Origin: Selaginella moellendorffii
Lineage: Eukaryota > Plantae > Lycopodiophyta
Direction: 5' to 3'
NCBI RefSeq assembly: GCF_000143415.4
Contig: NW_003314300.1
Location: 1,533,014 to 1,597,013, forward strand
DNA length: 64,000 nt
In this document: positions 35,001 to 48,889 of the stretch, in pieces
Numbering within the stretch: position 1 is the first letter of the stretch
Layout of the letters: each line of letters starts with the position of its first letter
Notes under the pieces: generated by a model
The model's database searches: none
What the model saw: the letters and a program-made list of their open reading frames with translations, nothing else
Told to the model about the DNA's origin: nothing
Translations under genes and position numbers: made by a program

Positions 35001-37481
35001 TTGAAAGTTAAAACTCCTAAAGATGCATTTAAGAAATAAGTATGAAGTGATCGATAAGTAAGTCTTTAAAAAAACAATAAAAAGAATGACTAATACATAA
35101 CAAGTCTTATGACATATAAAAGTGTTAAGATTAAATTTAAGACTGAGTCAAAGACCAAATTTGAGTTTGAAAGGTGAAAGCATAAAGCGATCACTTCCTA
35201 AACCCTAGGGGGTTTGGTAAGTCCCTACTAAATAGGAGGGGGAGAACTCTAGAGGAATTAATATGACCAAAGAATATTATATCTATGTGATTGGTGATAA
35301 TATAAACACTAGGGAGTCCAAAGTTATAGTGAATATAGATGAATAAATGAAGTATTCAAAAGCCAGCTCTAACTCCTCTAAAAGATTAAATAGTCAATGC
35401 TCTCAATTTAAGTGTGGGTAGCACTATCTACTTGAATACTTTATGTAGCTTATTAAAACCTTCTTTTAGCCACATAGTTTGGGTGGCTTTAGAAAAGTTT
35501 GACAACAACAAGGGCAATGCTCATGATGATCTATAACATCAATTGCTTACTATTAATCATCATCCTTTCATCAATGAAGGTGAAGACCACTCCTTTGCAA
35601 CTATAAATTCTACATTCCTCAAGGAGCCAAACTTACTAAATACTTCTTAAGCTACCTTCACCCTTCTCCAAACAAAAAGTGTTGATGATCTCTTGGTGGT
35701 AGTGCTTGTAGTAGCGGAGGAGGTAACCATGATTCAAGTGACTTAGAAGCCTAAGGAAGTGCATGCATTCATGAAGATGATCACCAAGTATGGCCATATA
35801 ATCCTCAATAGTGAGTTTAACTTATGAACATCTACTGATATTAAAAAGTAAATTAGTATAATTATTTCCATCACTCACTCCACCCTAAAAAATTCACTAG
35901 TTCCTTTCTCCTTAAGCACATTGATCTAGGTTATACATTTAGCATGAGGATCAATTCCTTTGACTCAATCAATTGCCACCTCCTCTTTGCTCCTCTCTTG
36001 TGCTCTTACATTTGGCCCTAATGCTATTCTCTCATTTGAGGTTGCAGTATGGTAACAGCCCTTCCATTTTCCAGGGCACCTTTGTTTCTCTCACTCATGA
36101 ACAGTGTTGTGGGTGAGAAGTTCATATGCCCTCTAGGCATGAGGATGCAAGAGGGCATGTGCAATGCTCAATATCTAGATCTCCTCTAGGATAATTGGAT
36201 CCTTTGTGACATCACCATTTTTTAACCCATAGCTGGGGTTAATGCCTTGAAAGTATTTGTAAACTTCAAAATTTTTAAGGATTGGATGGGGAGATTGATA
36301 ACAAAGTAGCATGTTTGAGGGCTCCTATGTCTAGAGTGCATCTTTGATCGTACAACTATGATCTGATAGATAGTTAATGAAGAAGTAGTTAACATTTTCA
36401 TTACAATAAATGGTGTTTCTCATTGTCCAAAAGCTAGTGCTAGCCATTTTCAACTCAAGAAAGGTAGTGTTTTTGCAATCTTTTCTCTAAGAATGACAAA
36501 AAAAGGAACACCTTATTTATGTCTCATGGATGTTTCTATGCATCTTTAGGTACAAAAAGCTCACCAAAACAAATCTGGAACACAGATCCAAGATAAGTAT
36601 AAGGCATATATGTTTCAACCAAGCAAAACTCTTTTTTCTCTTTATAGATTGATCTAATTGAAGGGATGATTGAGCAATAAAGCTATGGCATTTGTGTCAA
36701 AGCACTGAACACAATGCCCTAGCAACCTATTTTTGAGGTAAATTGTAAACTTTCTAGCATGTTTACCACCTTCATGCTCATATTGATGATATAGAGGTAG
36801 TATTCATAGGTTGTAAAGAGAAGATGAAAGTATCACTCAAGTTGCATAATGGGCAAAGGTGCTGCTTTGAGCAAAGATCCCTCTCAACATCTTGGGCAAG
36901 CAAGTTAATGATCTTGCCATTGCCATTATTGTGAACAAGGGCCAAAGTTTTTAATAACTTTAAATGCATATTATAAATGTATTCAAAAGGGAAAGAGATT
37001 TTGTGAGGTCTTTTTTAGGCATGGCATTCTTGTTTGCTTCTTTTGTTTTTTCTACTCTTTGTTACTCTATTGGTGATCTTGTGATGGATTTTTCTCTTTA
37101 TTTATAGGAAGACCTCAAGAAATAATAGTTTAGTGTGAACATATTTCCTAAATCTCTTGCAACTAGTAAGAGATTTGATCTAAACCTAGATTTCTTCTTG
37201 CTCTAACTCCCATTTATTTTGTTTCTTGTTTCTTTAAAGCTTTTTTAATCCTGTTATCTAGAAAATTAGAAGACAATAAAGTAGACTAGTAAGAAGAGCC
37301 AATGTTCTAGTACTTTATGATCACTTTGAACACTAAATAAATTTAATCTTATTCATTAATTTTTAATTTTTCTCTAATCAAGATTATTTGATTTTTATTA
37401 TAAATAATATATATAATTTATTAATTTATTTATTATTATTATATTATAACTTGTGAGTTGGAAATGTAATATAGAAATCTA

Positions 37482-37588
37482 CATCTTAATTAACCCAAAA
37501 ATGCAAATTTATATATAGGAGAAAATGGCCTAGATCGAAACCAATCCGATAGCTATTAAAATCCCACTATACTAATATTAGTATATAG
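37482..37588 (-). repeat. Dispersed repeat (second copy 58039-58144), possible Helitron 5' end
   Basis: Two ~105-bp similar copies. The minus strand begins CTATATACTAATATTA, similar to plant Helitron 5' termini. Confidence 0.4.
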
Positions 37589-38383
37589 CATTGTAACTGT
37601 ACACTACTTTATATCCTCCCCTCCTCTCGGAAGGATGGAAGGTAGTCAAGGTTCTCTAGTTGACAGGCTGGGATCTCAAAGAACATTAGGAGGAGGGATC
37701 TATAAGTGGTGTTAATTATTCTTGATCCTCTTATACAAAGTGTTTAAATTGTTTATATCTATAATTTTTGGAAGATTAGTATATTGAATGTTATGCTGAA
37801 CCTTATAAACTTGCTCCAACACTCGATATAGTCCCTTCCACTAAGTAAGGAGCCCTTTAAACAAACTACATATTATAAAATTGGGAAAATATATTAACAT
37901 TAAGTTGTCCACTTTGTACTTTGCATATGGACGATAATAGAAGTGGTAACACCATTCTTATCCCACTTATATACAGTGTAGCCTAAGTGTTCAATAGACT
38001 CTACTCAAACAAGTGGAAGAATATTCGTTAAATATTAATCTCATGACCTAGCATTTCATGGTAATCATGAAGGTAAACTCAACTCTATTAGTAGTATCGG
38101 ATTATGACCATATAAGAGTTTATATAGTGAAACATCAATAAAACTCTATATTCATATAATTTATGCATATCGAAAAGATGGCAAATAACCATCTTAATTC
38201 GAATACTGAAAGTTCAGATACTTTGTGATTATCCCTTTGAAGGTCCAAACAAATTGTTCCACTAAGCTATTTATTTATGGATGATAAACATTTGTGAAAG
38301 TGTGGTGTATCCTTAATCGAAATGTTAAAATGTGAAATGCCTCAACCATAAATGCAGGACCATTACCTAAGAGAATTTTCTCT

Positions 38384-39015
38384 TATCATGAATGTGACTT
38401 CGGGTATCGAAAGATACTTGTCAGCTAGTCCTTACGGACACTCTTTCCTTATTGCCATGACAGCAGAAGGTTGGTATAGTTGGTTCCCTTTATCATTCCC
38501 ACTTGAGCTAATTGAGAAACTAGTCAATGACCTTGCACTTAAATTGGATAAATATAAGATAGGAACCTTATATGTTTCTTGTTGAGCATATTCAGCTTGG
38601 TTTGAGAAACTTGTGTCATTGGCTTGCATTTGCTAGTATAAAAAACCCCCATGATATTGAGACTATTCATTAGATGATAGCTTACCGGTTGTGGGGGGTT
38701 TCAAATGTATAGTAGGGATAGTGGTTAAAATGTATGTTTGACCACTTGAGACATTAGTTTGGCTCCCATTGGGTTATGTCACTCTTTGTTCTGTGTCTGG
38801 CTTGGGTCTAAGCCCAAACTCCACACTGCTCTAGTCGGTGGGGTACCCTCCTCCTCACATTAGGCCACCAGTATGCCAAAATTGTGCCAAACAATTTGAC
38901 ACCATTTTACATGTAGGTGTTGGATATGGGGAGTTGGTGCTCATGGGATTGTATTGGACCCTCATTTTGTAGTGCAACTGGCTTGGAGTTTGGCTCCAAA
39001 TTCAGGTGCACTACA
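38384..39015 (+). mobile_element. LTR (family A) of a Ty3/gypsy retrotransposon
   Basis: Similar to 58475-59123 and 63487-63720; ends ...TACA immediately before a PBS. Confidence 0.75.
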
Positions 39016-39017
39016 TT

Positions 39018-39028
39018 TGGTATCAGAG
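39018..39028 (+). other. Primer-binding site for tRNA-iMet (TGGTATCAGAG)
   Basis: Canonical PBS 2 nt after the LTR end. Confidence 0.85.
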
Positions 39029-39207
39029 GAATTGCCTCAGTGATTCCTATCCAACTTTTTGTCGGATTTTCTAACTCAAGTTGCATACATAGAGACTTTT
39101 CTAGTAGTTCCAAAGCGACTTGTGTAGGATTAGTGGAATTGCACCATTTGGTAAGAACGTTGTATGCATGTTCAGTTACTGATAGAGGCATGCATGTAGC
39201 TATCGGG

Positions 39208-39790
39208 ATGGTCAAAAGGAATCGTGCTGATGACGCTGAAACCTCTAGACGGGTGAATTGAGAGAAGGAAACTCCTACTAGAGATGCTGCGGAAAAGGCA
39301 GAGGTTGAGTCAGAAGAGGAAGAGCTAGATGTTGCGGTGCTATAGCATACCACTCAGGAAGTTGAAATCAAGAATTTGCAAAGGAATTTTACAAATTGAA
39401 GAAGGAGAAAAAAAAGAGGAAAAAAGAAGCTGAGGCAGCTAAACCAGCTAAACCTAAGCATCTAGACTCTTCTTCAAGTTCTGAGGATGATGAAGTTCTG
39501 CAGCCGCCCCCGCTTGCACAAGTTTCAAAGTTCAAGCCCTCGAAGCTACCCAATTTCAGAGGCATGTAGAACTATTAGGTTTTGGAAGATTGGGTTTACG
39601 ATATGGAAAACTATTTCATAGCAGCAGATATAGATGATCGTAAGAAAGTTGCATGTGCGCAATCCTTTCTCACTGATCATGCCAAAACTTGGTGGCGCCA
39701 GGTGTGTGCTGAAAAAGGGCAAACTTGAAGTTGAACCAAGATGTGATCTCATATCCGTAAAGAATACTCCACTGGAGAGTTCCTTCAAGA
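39208..39790 (+). pseudogene. Ty3/gypsy gag remnant
   Basis: FKPSKLPNFRG...LEDWVYDMENYF...KKVACAQSFLTDHAKTWWR with in-frame stops. Confidence 0.75.
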
Positions 39791-39904
39791 CTGGATCCTA
39801 GACCTCACTATCTCTACTATACTTTTAGAACCCCCTACAGTCTGCCCCCCCCCTACAGGAGACACAAGCTTTGGGCTTTCACCCCTCGATTTGTATTAGT
39901 ACTT

Positions 39905-40102
39905 AGACTCGATCTTGGACTTGATCTCGGACTCGACCTCAGACCTGATCTTGGACTCGATCTCAGACCTGACTTCGGACTCAGTCTCGAACCCGATCTC
40001 GAATCTCGGACTCTGTCTTGAACTCAATCTTGAACTCGGTCTTGAACTTGGTCTCGGAGTTGGCCTCGAACTCAATCCCGAACTCTATCTCAAACTCGGT
40101 CC
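39905..40102. repeat. Degenerate 12-bp tandem repeat (actcgatcttgg-like)
   Basis: About 16 diverged units with 6/12-bp periodicity. Confidence 0.7.
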
Positions 40103-40149
40103 TATCCGATGAACTCCTTATCATTTTGGTCATGCTTTCGGGGATCCTT

Positions 40150-41140
40150 TAGCCTATGACACCTCAGAGAGTTGGTTCCTTGTATTCCACACTACCAAGT
40201 CCACTATTTCTTTCCACTTGGATATTTTTATTGAAACACCACTCACAAATTTTCTGGCTACTTGACCACCTTCCCCAAACTGAAAGTGTATGGGCAACAT
40301 TTGCTCAGCATTTAATCCTAACAACTTAACTATGTCTTTGGATATCACGTTGTGTGTAGCTCTTGTGTCAATTATCACTCAGATTTGGTGTCCACAGACA
40401 AAGCCTACCAAATATATCAATGAATCAGTATTTGCATTGATTGTGAGAAAAGCTTGAGGAAAGCAATGTAAGTAACTCACCTCCTCTTCCTCATAGTCTG
40501 CATTGACTAACTCGTCAACCCCTTCAGTTTCACCACCACTGTCTTCCCTCATAACATTAATATGAGACCTTGTCTTATGCTTGTTGGGACATTCTGAGGA
40601 TTTATGTCCTGACTCTTCACAATGGAAGCAATGACCTACACTACCTGTTTTGCTAGGAGTAGGTTTTGCAAGTTGCTATTGCTTGTACCCACTAGGAGGA
40701 GGAACAAAGGGCCTAGGATCAGAAGAAGCTGCTAGTGGTCTCCAACCACCACCACCTTTGTTAACCGTTCCTTGTGAGCCTCTAGGGCGGAACCTTCCTT
40801 CCACCCTCTATTTCTGATCACCTTGTTTATTCCTAAAATTCTTATTCTTATTCAAAGTACCAACATACGACTGTTGATATTGTTCCATGAGTGAATGACT
40901 AAAGGCAACTTGCTATGTTGCCTCCTTACACTCTAAGTACGTCTTCGGCTTAAACTTCAAAATCTCATTACAAGAAAGTGAACTTAAACCCTCCAGGAAA
41001 TAACTTTGAGCATCTTCATCACTCATATTTGCAATCATAATGCACTTTTGAGCAAACACATTAATATAATGCATAAGGTCCCCTCGCTACTCTAACTGCC
41101 CCAACTCCGCACAAAGTCTCAAACCAAGATCATCCGGCAT
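40150..41140 (-). pseudogene. Ty3/gypsy gag-protease remnant
   Basis: GDLMHYINVFAQKC..MSDEDAQSYFLEGLS (capsid); zinc knuckle CFHCEESGHKSSEC at 40589-40630; protease IIDTRATHNVIS (DTGA decayed). Confidence 0.85.
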
Positions 41141-44100
41141 GCTTCCAAACTAACTTGAGGTTGCAACTGGGGTCGAGGGGCCTTGGGTGGGAATGAACCT
41201 AAACTTAGGTTGTGCCGGAGGGGCCACCCTAGGAAGTGCTCAAGAGTAGCTTCCACTCATAAAAGGGAAACCAACTATAGTGCTCCCAGCTCATGTGGTG
41301 TGGTGTCCCAATTAAGTACCTTGCGACTCATTGATTCTCGCCCTTCCTAGGGGCTTGGGCCTTCCCTTCGGGATGGAAGTGGGGGGTAGAGGTACCCATA
41401 CTGGGCCGTTAGGCTATGGTGTCTCCCTTTAGCGTCTCAAAGCAAGTGTTGCACCCAAGGCTTGGGATTTAAAGGGTCTTATGATCAAGTTGTAAGTGAC
41501 TCATTTTTTCATTTTACTTTAGTCACTTAACCACACATTCGACCACTTGGAGGAGTCTCACTCACAACCTCCATATATCCTATTTTGGACTTGAGCTTGC
41601 TAGCCCCAAAAATGGCCTCCCTGCCACTCAACCTTTGCACTTGGTCCAAGTGCTTCACATGTCCGATCCCATGACCAACACCCCAAGGCACCACCAACAT
41701 ACTAGCCCGTTACGCTAGGCCATGCTCAATCACCTTGGTGGTCCAACACCACCTGCATTGCAATCTCGTCTTTCCAAGACTGGGCCATCTATCCATGAGT
41801 GGTCATCCTAGATCCACTCCTTAGCATCCTTAGGATGCCTGTAGACATGGGGAATAACCTTCCCCAATATCTCCTTTCTGGTCCTCACCAAGTCCCTTTT
41901 TGTCCTTGGCCATGTTTGCCAACATTGCCACTGGATCAAGGCCCATAGGCCCGACCACTAAGTCCCACGGTCCTCTAGGACTTCCTCACCACACGACTGT
42001 ATCCTTGGTCACTACATCAGAGGACTACTCCTCTTCCTTTCCATAGTCTGGGCCTTTGGGACAACATTTCGGAACATTGTGGCCTTACGTAAGCCTTGTG
42101 GGTACTCTCCCCGCCTTCCGCCTTTGGGTGCTCTAGCCATGGGCTTAGAGCGAGGTTCTATTAAGCCACGCCTGGTATCCAAGTAGGTAGTGCCACCCAC
42201 ACTTGGATTGGGAGCATCGGCCAATTGATCTCCTGGGGGACCGAAGGCTCACCATGCCTTGTTTATCCTCTAAGGAGCATAGTTTCTTGAACATAGAGAC
42301 TCACTCAACCATCTAGGGTGGTTTGCTCCCTTTTATTGGTTAAGTTCTCGCTAAACCTGTTAAAGACACCCTCTCTAACTCAATTCCACTACTCATTCTC
42401 GAGTTGTCTCAGATTCTATCGACATAACCTTTGCACTTTGGAACTTTTAATTTTGACTTCTCAGAGTTAATTTCCTAGGTGTCTCCGACACCTTATGTTG
42501 CACATGGTGCAACTCCACTTCCCCATCTTAGGAAGTTCTTTACTTGATGGCACCATCATCCTCTCTTCGATATCATGCCACCTTTGGCACTAAATTCCAG
42601 TTATTATAATTTGTACTAGGGCTGCCCACAGCCCTATTATTTGGCTACTTTACCGCTCCCCCCTTTGGAGCATCCACTTTTGCCAAATCGGAGCGGTTGG
42701 GAATCCATCCTTGGGGAAACATTGCCTTTCCCACAATTCGTTAGCACCCAACACATTAGTGTTCTCACCTGGATTCTTTTCTATGATTCCCATGGTTCTT
42801 TTTTTAGCCACTAGTCTTTTGCTCCTATCCTTGATTGTTGCACCCAGCAACATATGATCCCTACCTCCATTTTCGAGGTTTCCTTTCGGTTCCCTAGCAA
42901 CAGTTTGCTTTGCCAAATCCAGAGGGTGTTCACCCCTAGTACGTCTCTTTAACATTTTCTATTGTGGGTTCTATCCACAGCCCAACTTTTGAGACCTTCC
43001 CTTGGATCTCTTATAGAGGCTACTTTCCTCGGACTTACTATGCCATTGCAGTGATATAACTCATTTCCCTTAGGTGTTTTTCCCACTTGGTCACCTTGAT
43101 CAAGCCACACCATTCTCAATAGTTTAAATCAACACTTTTGAACTAAGAACTTTATCCTTTAAACTCACAAGGACTTTGTCCTTGTTTTAGTTATAAGACC
43201 ACCTAGTGATCTAACTTCGGCACCTTAACAGGTTTGCCAATAGGTACTAGGTCTTCCAGACCTTTAAGTTGTTGACCATGACCTCGGGGGCATCCCCCAT
43301 ACTTGGCGGTGTGCCCAAGCCAGCCCTTCTAGCCAAGGATCCATAGCAATTGAGACTGGGTGTCCCCATCTCATTCACCACGTCCTTGGTGCCCTTTGCA
43401 CCACAGTATTCAAGTTAGATATGCCGAGCTTTCACTCTAAGCAATCTAACCGTGCATCACGACTCCAGGGCATCCTCCGCTTGGCAGTGTGCCCAAGCCA
43501 ATCTCCTCATTGAGAGTTGATGACCACTGAAATATGAGTGTCTTTATATTCCAAACCATCACCACGCCCTAGTGATTTGGGACTTGAACCCAAGCATTAG
43601 AAGGTCGGGACTCGAACCCAACCTCCGTATATGCATCTATGGAAGGCATCATCCAAGATGCCTAGTGTGACTCCCCACTCCGGTGCACCAACTTATAGTC
43701 AAAGCGCGCTATAGATCATAGCTTAGAAACCTAGTTCCTCCGCACTACCAAGTCCTCTCACTTAACAAATCTATGATCATGCATGGACTCTTCCATGCTC
43801 GGCCCCATGGGCCACCCCTTTTAAAGTTAGCACCTTCAATTAGGGGATTTGTCCCCCTGACTTGCTAATCTCACTTAGTAAGTCATCCGGCCATCGTAAC
43901 ATGGTTCATGCATAAGCGTGAAAGTCCTTAACCATCGTCTTTCATTCAAAGCCCTCTCTTTGAACACTCGGGAACCACTTCCCCAACCTTGATAGCCTCG
44001 CCTTATGGCCAGCTTCAAAACCACACTTCTGCTATGCCACTCTGATTTCGCGCGCTCTAGAAACCATTTACGCTTGGCTTTCTAGGTACTAAGCTACCTA

Positions 44101-44934
44101 GAATTGTCTTTGGGAACTTTGAAGGAACTCTGTCCCTTAGCTTGCTAAAGCCTCCCTTTTCGCAAGCTTTTTAGTTGCCATATAGTCTAATATGGATAAT
44201 TCCATATTTTAGACTCTCCATAACATCACGATTGCTAGCAATAACACCCTCGAGCCCCCACTTGATTCTCCACTCCCAACTAGCATAACCACCCTTGGTT
44301 ATGCCCTTCGATTCCTATGGTTTGGTTTTATCCCCTTACTACTTGCTTTTGGCTTCACACCTTTCCTTCGGTCATTCTCCTCTAGACTAGGAGGATAGCT
44401 TTGCACTTTCTATTATGTCTTAGCAAGTATTCTTAGGGATGAACCGACCTGATAGCCTAGGGAGTGGTTCCTCAATCTAGGTATGCTCACCTTATAATCC
44501 CACACACCGGGATTAACGTTGTTGCTTATGGGCCCTTACATGCCCATCACTAGCCTTGCCAAAATTCCATTTTTGGTTTTGTCCAATTCGGGTAGACAGT
44601 CTTCTCCCGCCTCTGCAACCTTGGACTTTTGGATAGCACCTTCTATCCATCATTCGCTAGGGACTTAGTCCCTTGGACCTTATCTATTGCCCTCGCGACA
44701 TCAAACACCACCTCCTGGTATTCTAGAGTGTTTGGATGTCCCAAATGATGGCTTCTTTGATAATGAACATTATTTTTTACAACATTGATTTACTATATCG
44801 CAACATAAGCAATTTATCCCCCATAAGGGTATATCTAACTTCCTTATGCCATTAAAAAGTCTTGGGTAGCTACTTTCTACTAGTTTAACTAATTATCTTG
44901 CACCTTTTCTTTAGTTGCCTTGAGCGTGGACCAT
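41140..44934 (-). mobile_element. Degenerate retroelement-like segment bounded by family-B repeat pieces
   Basis: Both ends match parts of the 31030-31552 repeat. The interior has no intact ORF and I recognised no motifs. Confidence 0.35.
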
Positions 44935-45564
44935 ACTTGAGCTCACGAGCTGAAGAGTTGAGCTCACAAGTTGAGCTCAATTTTCAATTGTAATTTAGTA
45001 CAAACATTATAAACTTTAAAATTTTAAAGTTATGGCGAACTTAATAATTTCATAACTCTCTATATATTATATAGATAAAAATGTTCTAAAGGACACTTCT
45101 TGTTCTAATAATTTAAATATTTACTACATTCAATAATAGAGACGTTTGTTAGAATATAAAATAAAATGTTTGCAAAAAGAGTATTCTTGTCACTTCTTTA
45201 AATTTGTACTCTGTGCTTTCTAGCTAGTAAATGTCAGGTTCATCAGAATTTTTAAATTATTAAATTTGAATTAAGATTCTATATAAGGCCATATAACCAT
45301 TTGAAAGGAAAAAAAAAAACTGTGATGGTACATATGCTCTCACAATACATTGTAACATCATACACCTGAAAGACTATCACGAAATATTTTTTGAGAAGGT
45401 AAAGACAAAAATGGAGACTCACAAATACTATGGGTAGTATTGCGAAAAGAACCTTATAAGTATATGAAATGAAAAGTGAAATAATAAAATATTTTTATTA
45501 ATTATATAAGGTATAATTAGTTTATATTATTGATAGAGAATAAACATCGATAGTGCTGGAAAAT

Positions 45565-48500
45565 CTAATTAGCTCCAAAAGTTTTCTGCAACTCAGCAAT
45601 AGTAAAGCTTGCTTGGTGTATATGAATATCCACTTTAGGATCCTGGTGCAAGATGTTGATGAAGATGTAGTACATATGCTTGCAAGGAGCATATGCCTTC
45701 CCATGTTCCTCACGCTTCATAAAGTCTGGACATGTGCAAGAAGGAAAGTCTTGAATGGCAATTGTGTACTCTCCACCTTCTGTTTTGACTGTGTACTCCT
45801 TTGCGAGCACAGTGATGTACTTCGTGGAGAGAATCTCACACTCAAGTGTTTGAGCCAAGTTTATTTTACCTTGCTTCTGCTTGGAGACAGTACCAATAAA
45901 TTTAACTGCCTTACCTTGTCTTGCTGACCTCCTGTGCATCTCTGTAGGAATAGTCCTGGTTCTGTCACTCATATCTCCAACTCTCCTCTCAAGATTGAAA
46001 CCAGATTTCTCAAGGTTTTCAATCTCATCCGAGGTGAGCGCAACCCCATTAGCAACCGGCCATTCTTTAGGTACTGCATCAGGTTTAGTCACTATAGTGT
46101 CTTCAAGCCGCTTTGTATGGTTGACATCAGAGTTGCAGCAATATAACCAACACTATCTTGAAAATCCTGCTTGCTTTCGTTCCCCATGGAAACATGGGGT
46201 TGGAACAGAAGCAGACTTATCACCACGGATCCAAGCCCAACACTTGCCCCTTGGAAGCATCCCCACACACCTTACATTTGATTTTGTTGGCACTCGACGG
46301 ATTGCCCATTGCTTCGGCTCCACACTACGATAAGCAATTTCAACCTGCTGTGATGCACTTTCTTCATCAGCCACTTGAGGTGGTTCGGTTCTGGGGCGAT
46401 GTCTTGGAGCAGAATGATACTCAACATCAGGCCTGTGAGAGCTTTTTGCTCCAAGATCCATGCTAACATCTTCACCAGTAAAAGAAAATCGACGCTTTGA
46501 GCGGACGGTCTTCATATCACCAATAGAAGCCCGAGGAGTGTACTCCATAAATGTGCCGCGGACCACTTCCTCCACTATAGTTGCCATTGTTCGTGCTGGT
46601 GGAGTCACTTTCTTCTTCATCCGATCGTGTAACATCTCAACCGAAGGTCTTGTTCCCATGTATTTTCCTTCCTCAAATGCCAAGGCTTTTGAAGACTGCT
46701 CTACAGCGCGTATCAAATCTGATAGACATGCTTCATATAGACTCATCTTCCCTTTCCCTGCCTCAGAGGAACGCCAGCTCCAATGTTTACTCTCTGAGAG
46801 ATTCACAGTTGGGGTGTATGCAAGATCCTCAAGTGGTTGATCCTTATAAAAAGATGATATTAAAAAGCAATAAAAAGAGAGGAAAAAAAGAAAAACCAAC
46901 TTGAAAAGAGTGATGTCCCCATTGGAACATTCTAACTTCCCACCACCCCAACCACGACTCAAGTTGTGGTAGACAACTTACGTCAGTATGGCCATCTTCA
47001 CGCCACCACATTCGAATCTCGTTTACTTTTGCTTCATGCTCTTCTTCAGAAGGTGCAGCTTGCCATTGTTTGCACAACTCCTTAAATGCTAATTGGAAAT
47101 CTGGCTTGATAAGGTGGCAGTGTTGGTTTAGGCTTTGAGCCCAATGGAACTCACATGTCTTCTCACAACCTTCTAGGGGTAGACCATTCCCAAAGACTGC
47201 CCGGACACCATTCCAATTAGCCCCAGCCCCATCTGCCATGAAACCGCAAAAATTGGCAGGCTTACCAGTCCGCTTCAATACAATGTCGGAGAGGGACTTC
47301 CAAAATATTTCTTGAGCCATCTGGTCTTGTACTTTAAACTCTGCCGTTGCAATTGTCAAGTTACAACGTAGCCTGTGAAAAGTGCAATGTTTAAAACCAT
47401 TTTAAGATAATGAGAAAAAAAACTACCTTGGATCATACACATGAGCTCCCATGGTTGTCCAACCTGCCACTCGCTCCATATGGTCAAAATGTACCCATGC
47501 ATTAGCAAGGTCACTTGACCCAGACATATCCATTCGGGAAACAAGATCCACACCAGAGGCAGGGCCCATGGTAGACATTTTGAAAACGAAGGGGCGCTCT
47601 TGCTCACTAACGACTTGATCTGGAAATAAACTCCCATGGATAAACTCATAGGGACAAGTCTGTTTTAGTTCAAGGATTGAGTCGATTTTTGATTGGAGTT
47701 TCCCCTCTCGAGATTCACACATCCAAGACTTTATCCTAAATAAAACAAAATGTAAGAGAGATATTATTGAAAAGTATGTAATAATATTTTCATACCTTCT
47801 AAGGCTAGTTGCAGGTTGCACATGTCGTAGTAACTCCCGCAAGCTAGCCTCATCCAGTTGAGTATTCTTGTAGTCCGGATCAAGTAAAGTATTTGCGATA
47901 AAATCCTTGAGCACTATCTTCTAAACATGCTTCGGAGTTGCAGATGAGTTTCTCACAGTCTCTATCTGCACTGCATCTTTGAAATGGTTGACTGAACTCC
48001 TTTGTATCCCTTCTTGCATTGGATGTGTGTGCGTGCCAATATGTACTGCAGCTCTACCAACCTCTCCATCCCGTGGAAGAAAATAGTACATCTTGGCCCC
48101 GCAGATGGCACGACACAATGGAGCATTCTTGCAAAACCGACACTTGAATCCAACACCAATGGTGTCACAGAGGGGAGGATTGGTTGCAGATCCTTCAAAA
48201 AATATGGAGTTTTTACCACGCTCTTGATTGCATGCTTTATTCACACAATCCAAATACCCACCACAATGAACCATGGACACTGTGCCTTCGAAATGCTGGA
48301 AATGTGTGGTCTTGATCTTGCACCAGTTGTGGATATCCTGCTTCGTCTCCATCCCCTTTCGTTTTGAGCTGACAAGAGGTGGTAGTTCAAAGAAGATATT
48401 GCCATTGTATGTAGATGGGAGCTCGCTAACAAGCCTATGCAGAAAGGAACGCACGTCGATAGAGAGGCGGGAAAACTGGAAAGCATTGCAAACAGCTTGG

Positions 48501-48889
48501 AATATCAGTGAAGTTGGAGTTTGGAAATTCTTGGCTCGCACTGGACTAACATCTCCACTAGAACTAGAAGAGGAAGAAATGATGACGACCGACTCTTGCT
48601 TCACATTCACTTTAGCAGGATCACAGCCTCGCACTTTGATTGGAGATCCAAAAACTCGAATCTCTTTCGACTTGGAATGTTGCAAATCCCAATGTTGTCC
48701 ACCTTCACCTACACCCGAAAGAAGAAACTCCGATCGTTCAACTACACCAATGTTGTTGCGAATCACAGCTTCCAATGAAATAGAACCGAGAGAAAGATTG
48801 AAACGTCGGCAAAGAAAACTTTCTGAAATAAGACTCTGGGAGATAGAAAGCGGTGGGTGATCTTGGTAATGCATAAGGAAGCCCTCCAT
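45565..48889 (-). pseudogene. MULE-type DDE transposase with N-terminal GCM/WRKY-like Zn domain and C-terminal SWIM finger (~1050 codons; exons 48889-47796, 47735-47427, 47372-46901, 46842-45565; 2 internal stops)
   Basis: CGGYLDCVNKAC..CRFC..CGAK...HIGTHTHP; WVHFDH; GFMADGA; CxxH signature TCEFHW; TVNLSESKH; SWIM SCTCPDF...PCKH. In-frame TAG at 47921 and 46153. Confidence 0.8.

Noticed and set aside
35400-37000. Possible hAT or other transposase relic (also 56950-57950)
   Set aside because: Too eroded; no motif I can defend.
39018-39028. tRNA gene
   Set aside because: Only the PBS complement of the tRNA-iMet 3' end. I saw no tRNA or rRNA genes in the window.
38907-39353. 148-aa minus-strand ORF
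   Set aside because: Antisense to the LTR/PBS/gag relic.
39905-40102. CRISPR-like array
   Set aside because: Short degenerate tandem units without unique spacers; no cas genes; eukaryotic context.
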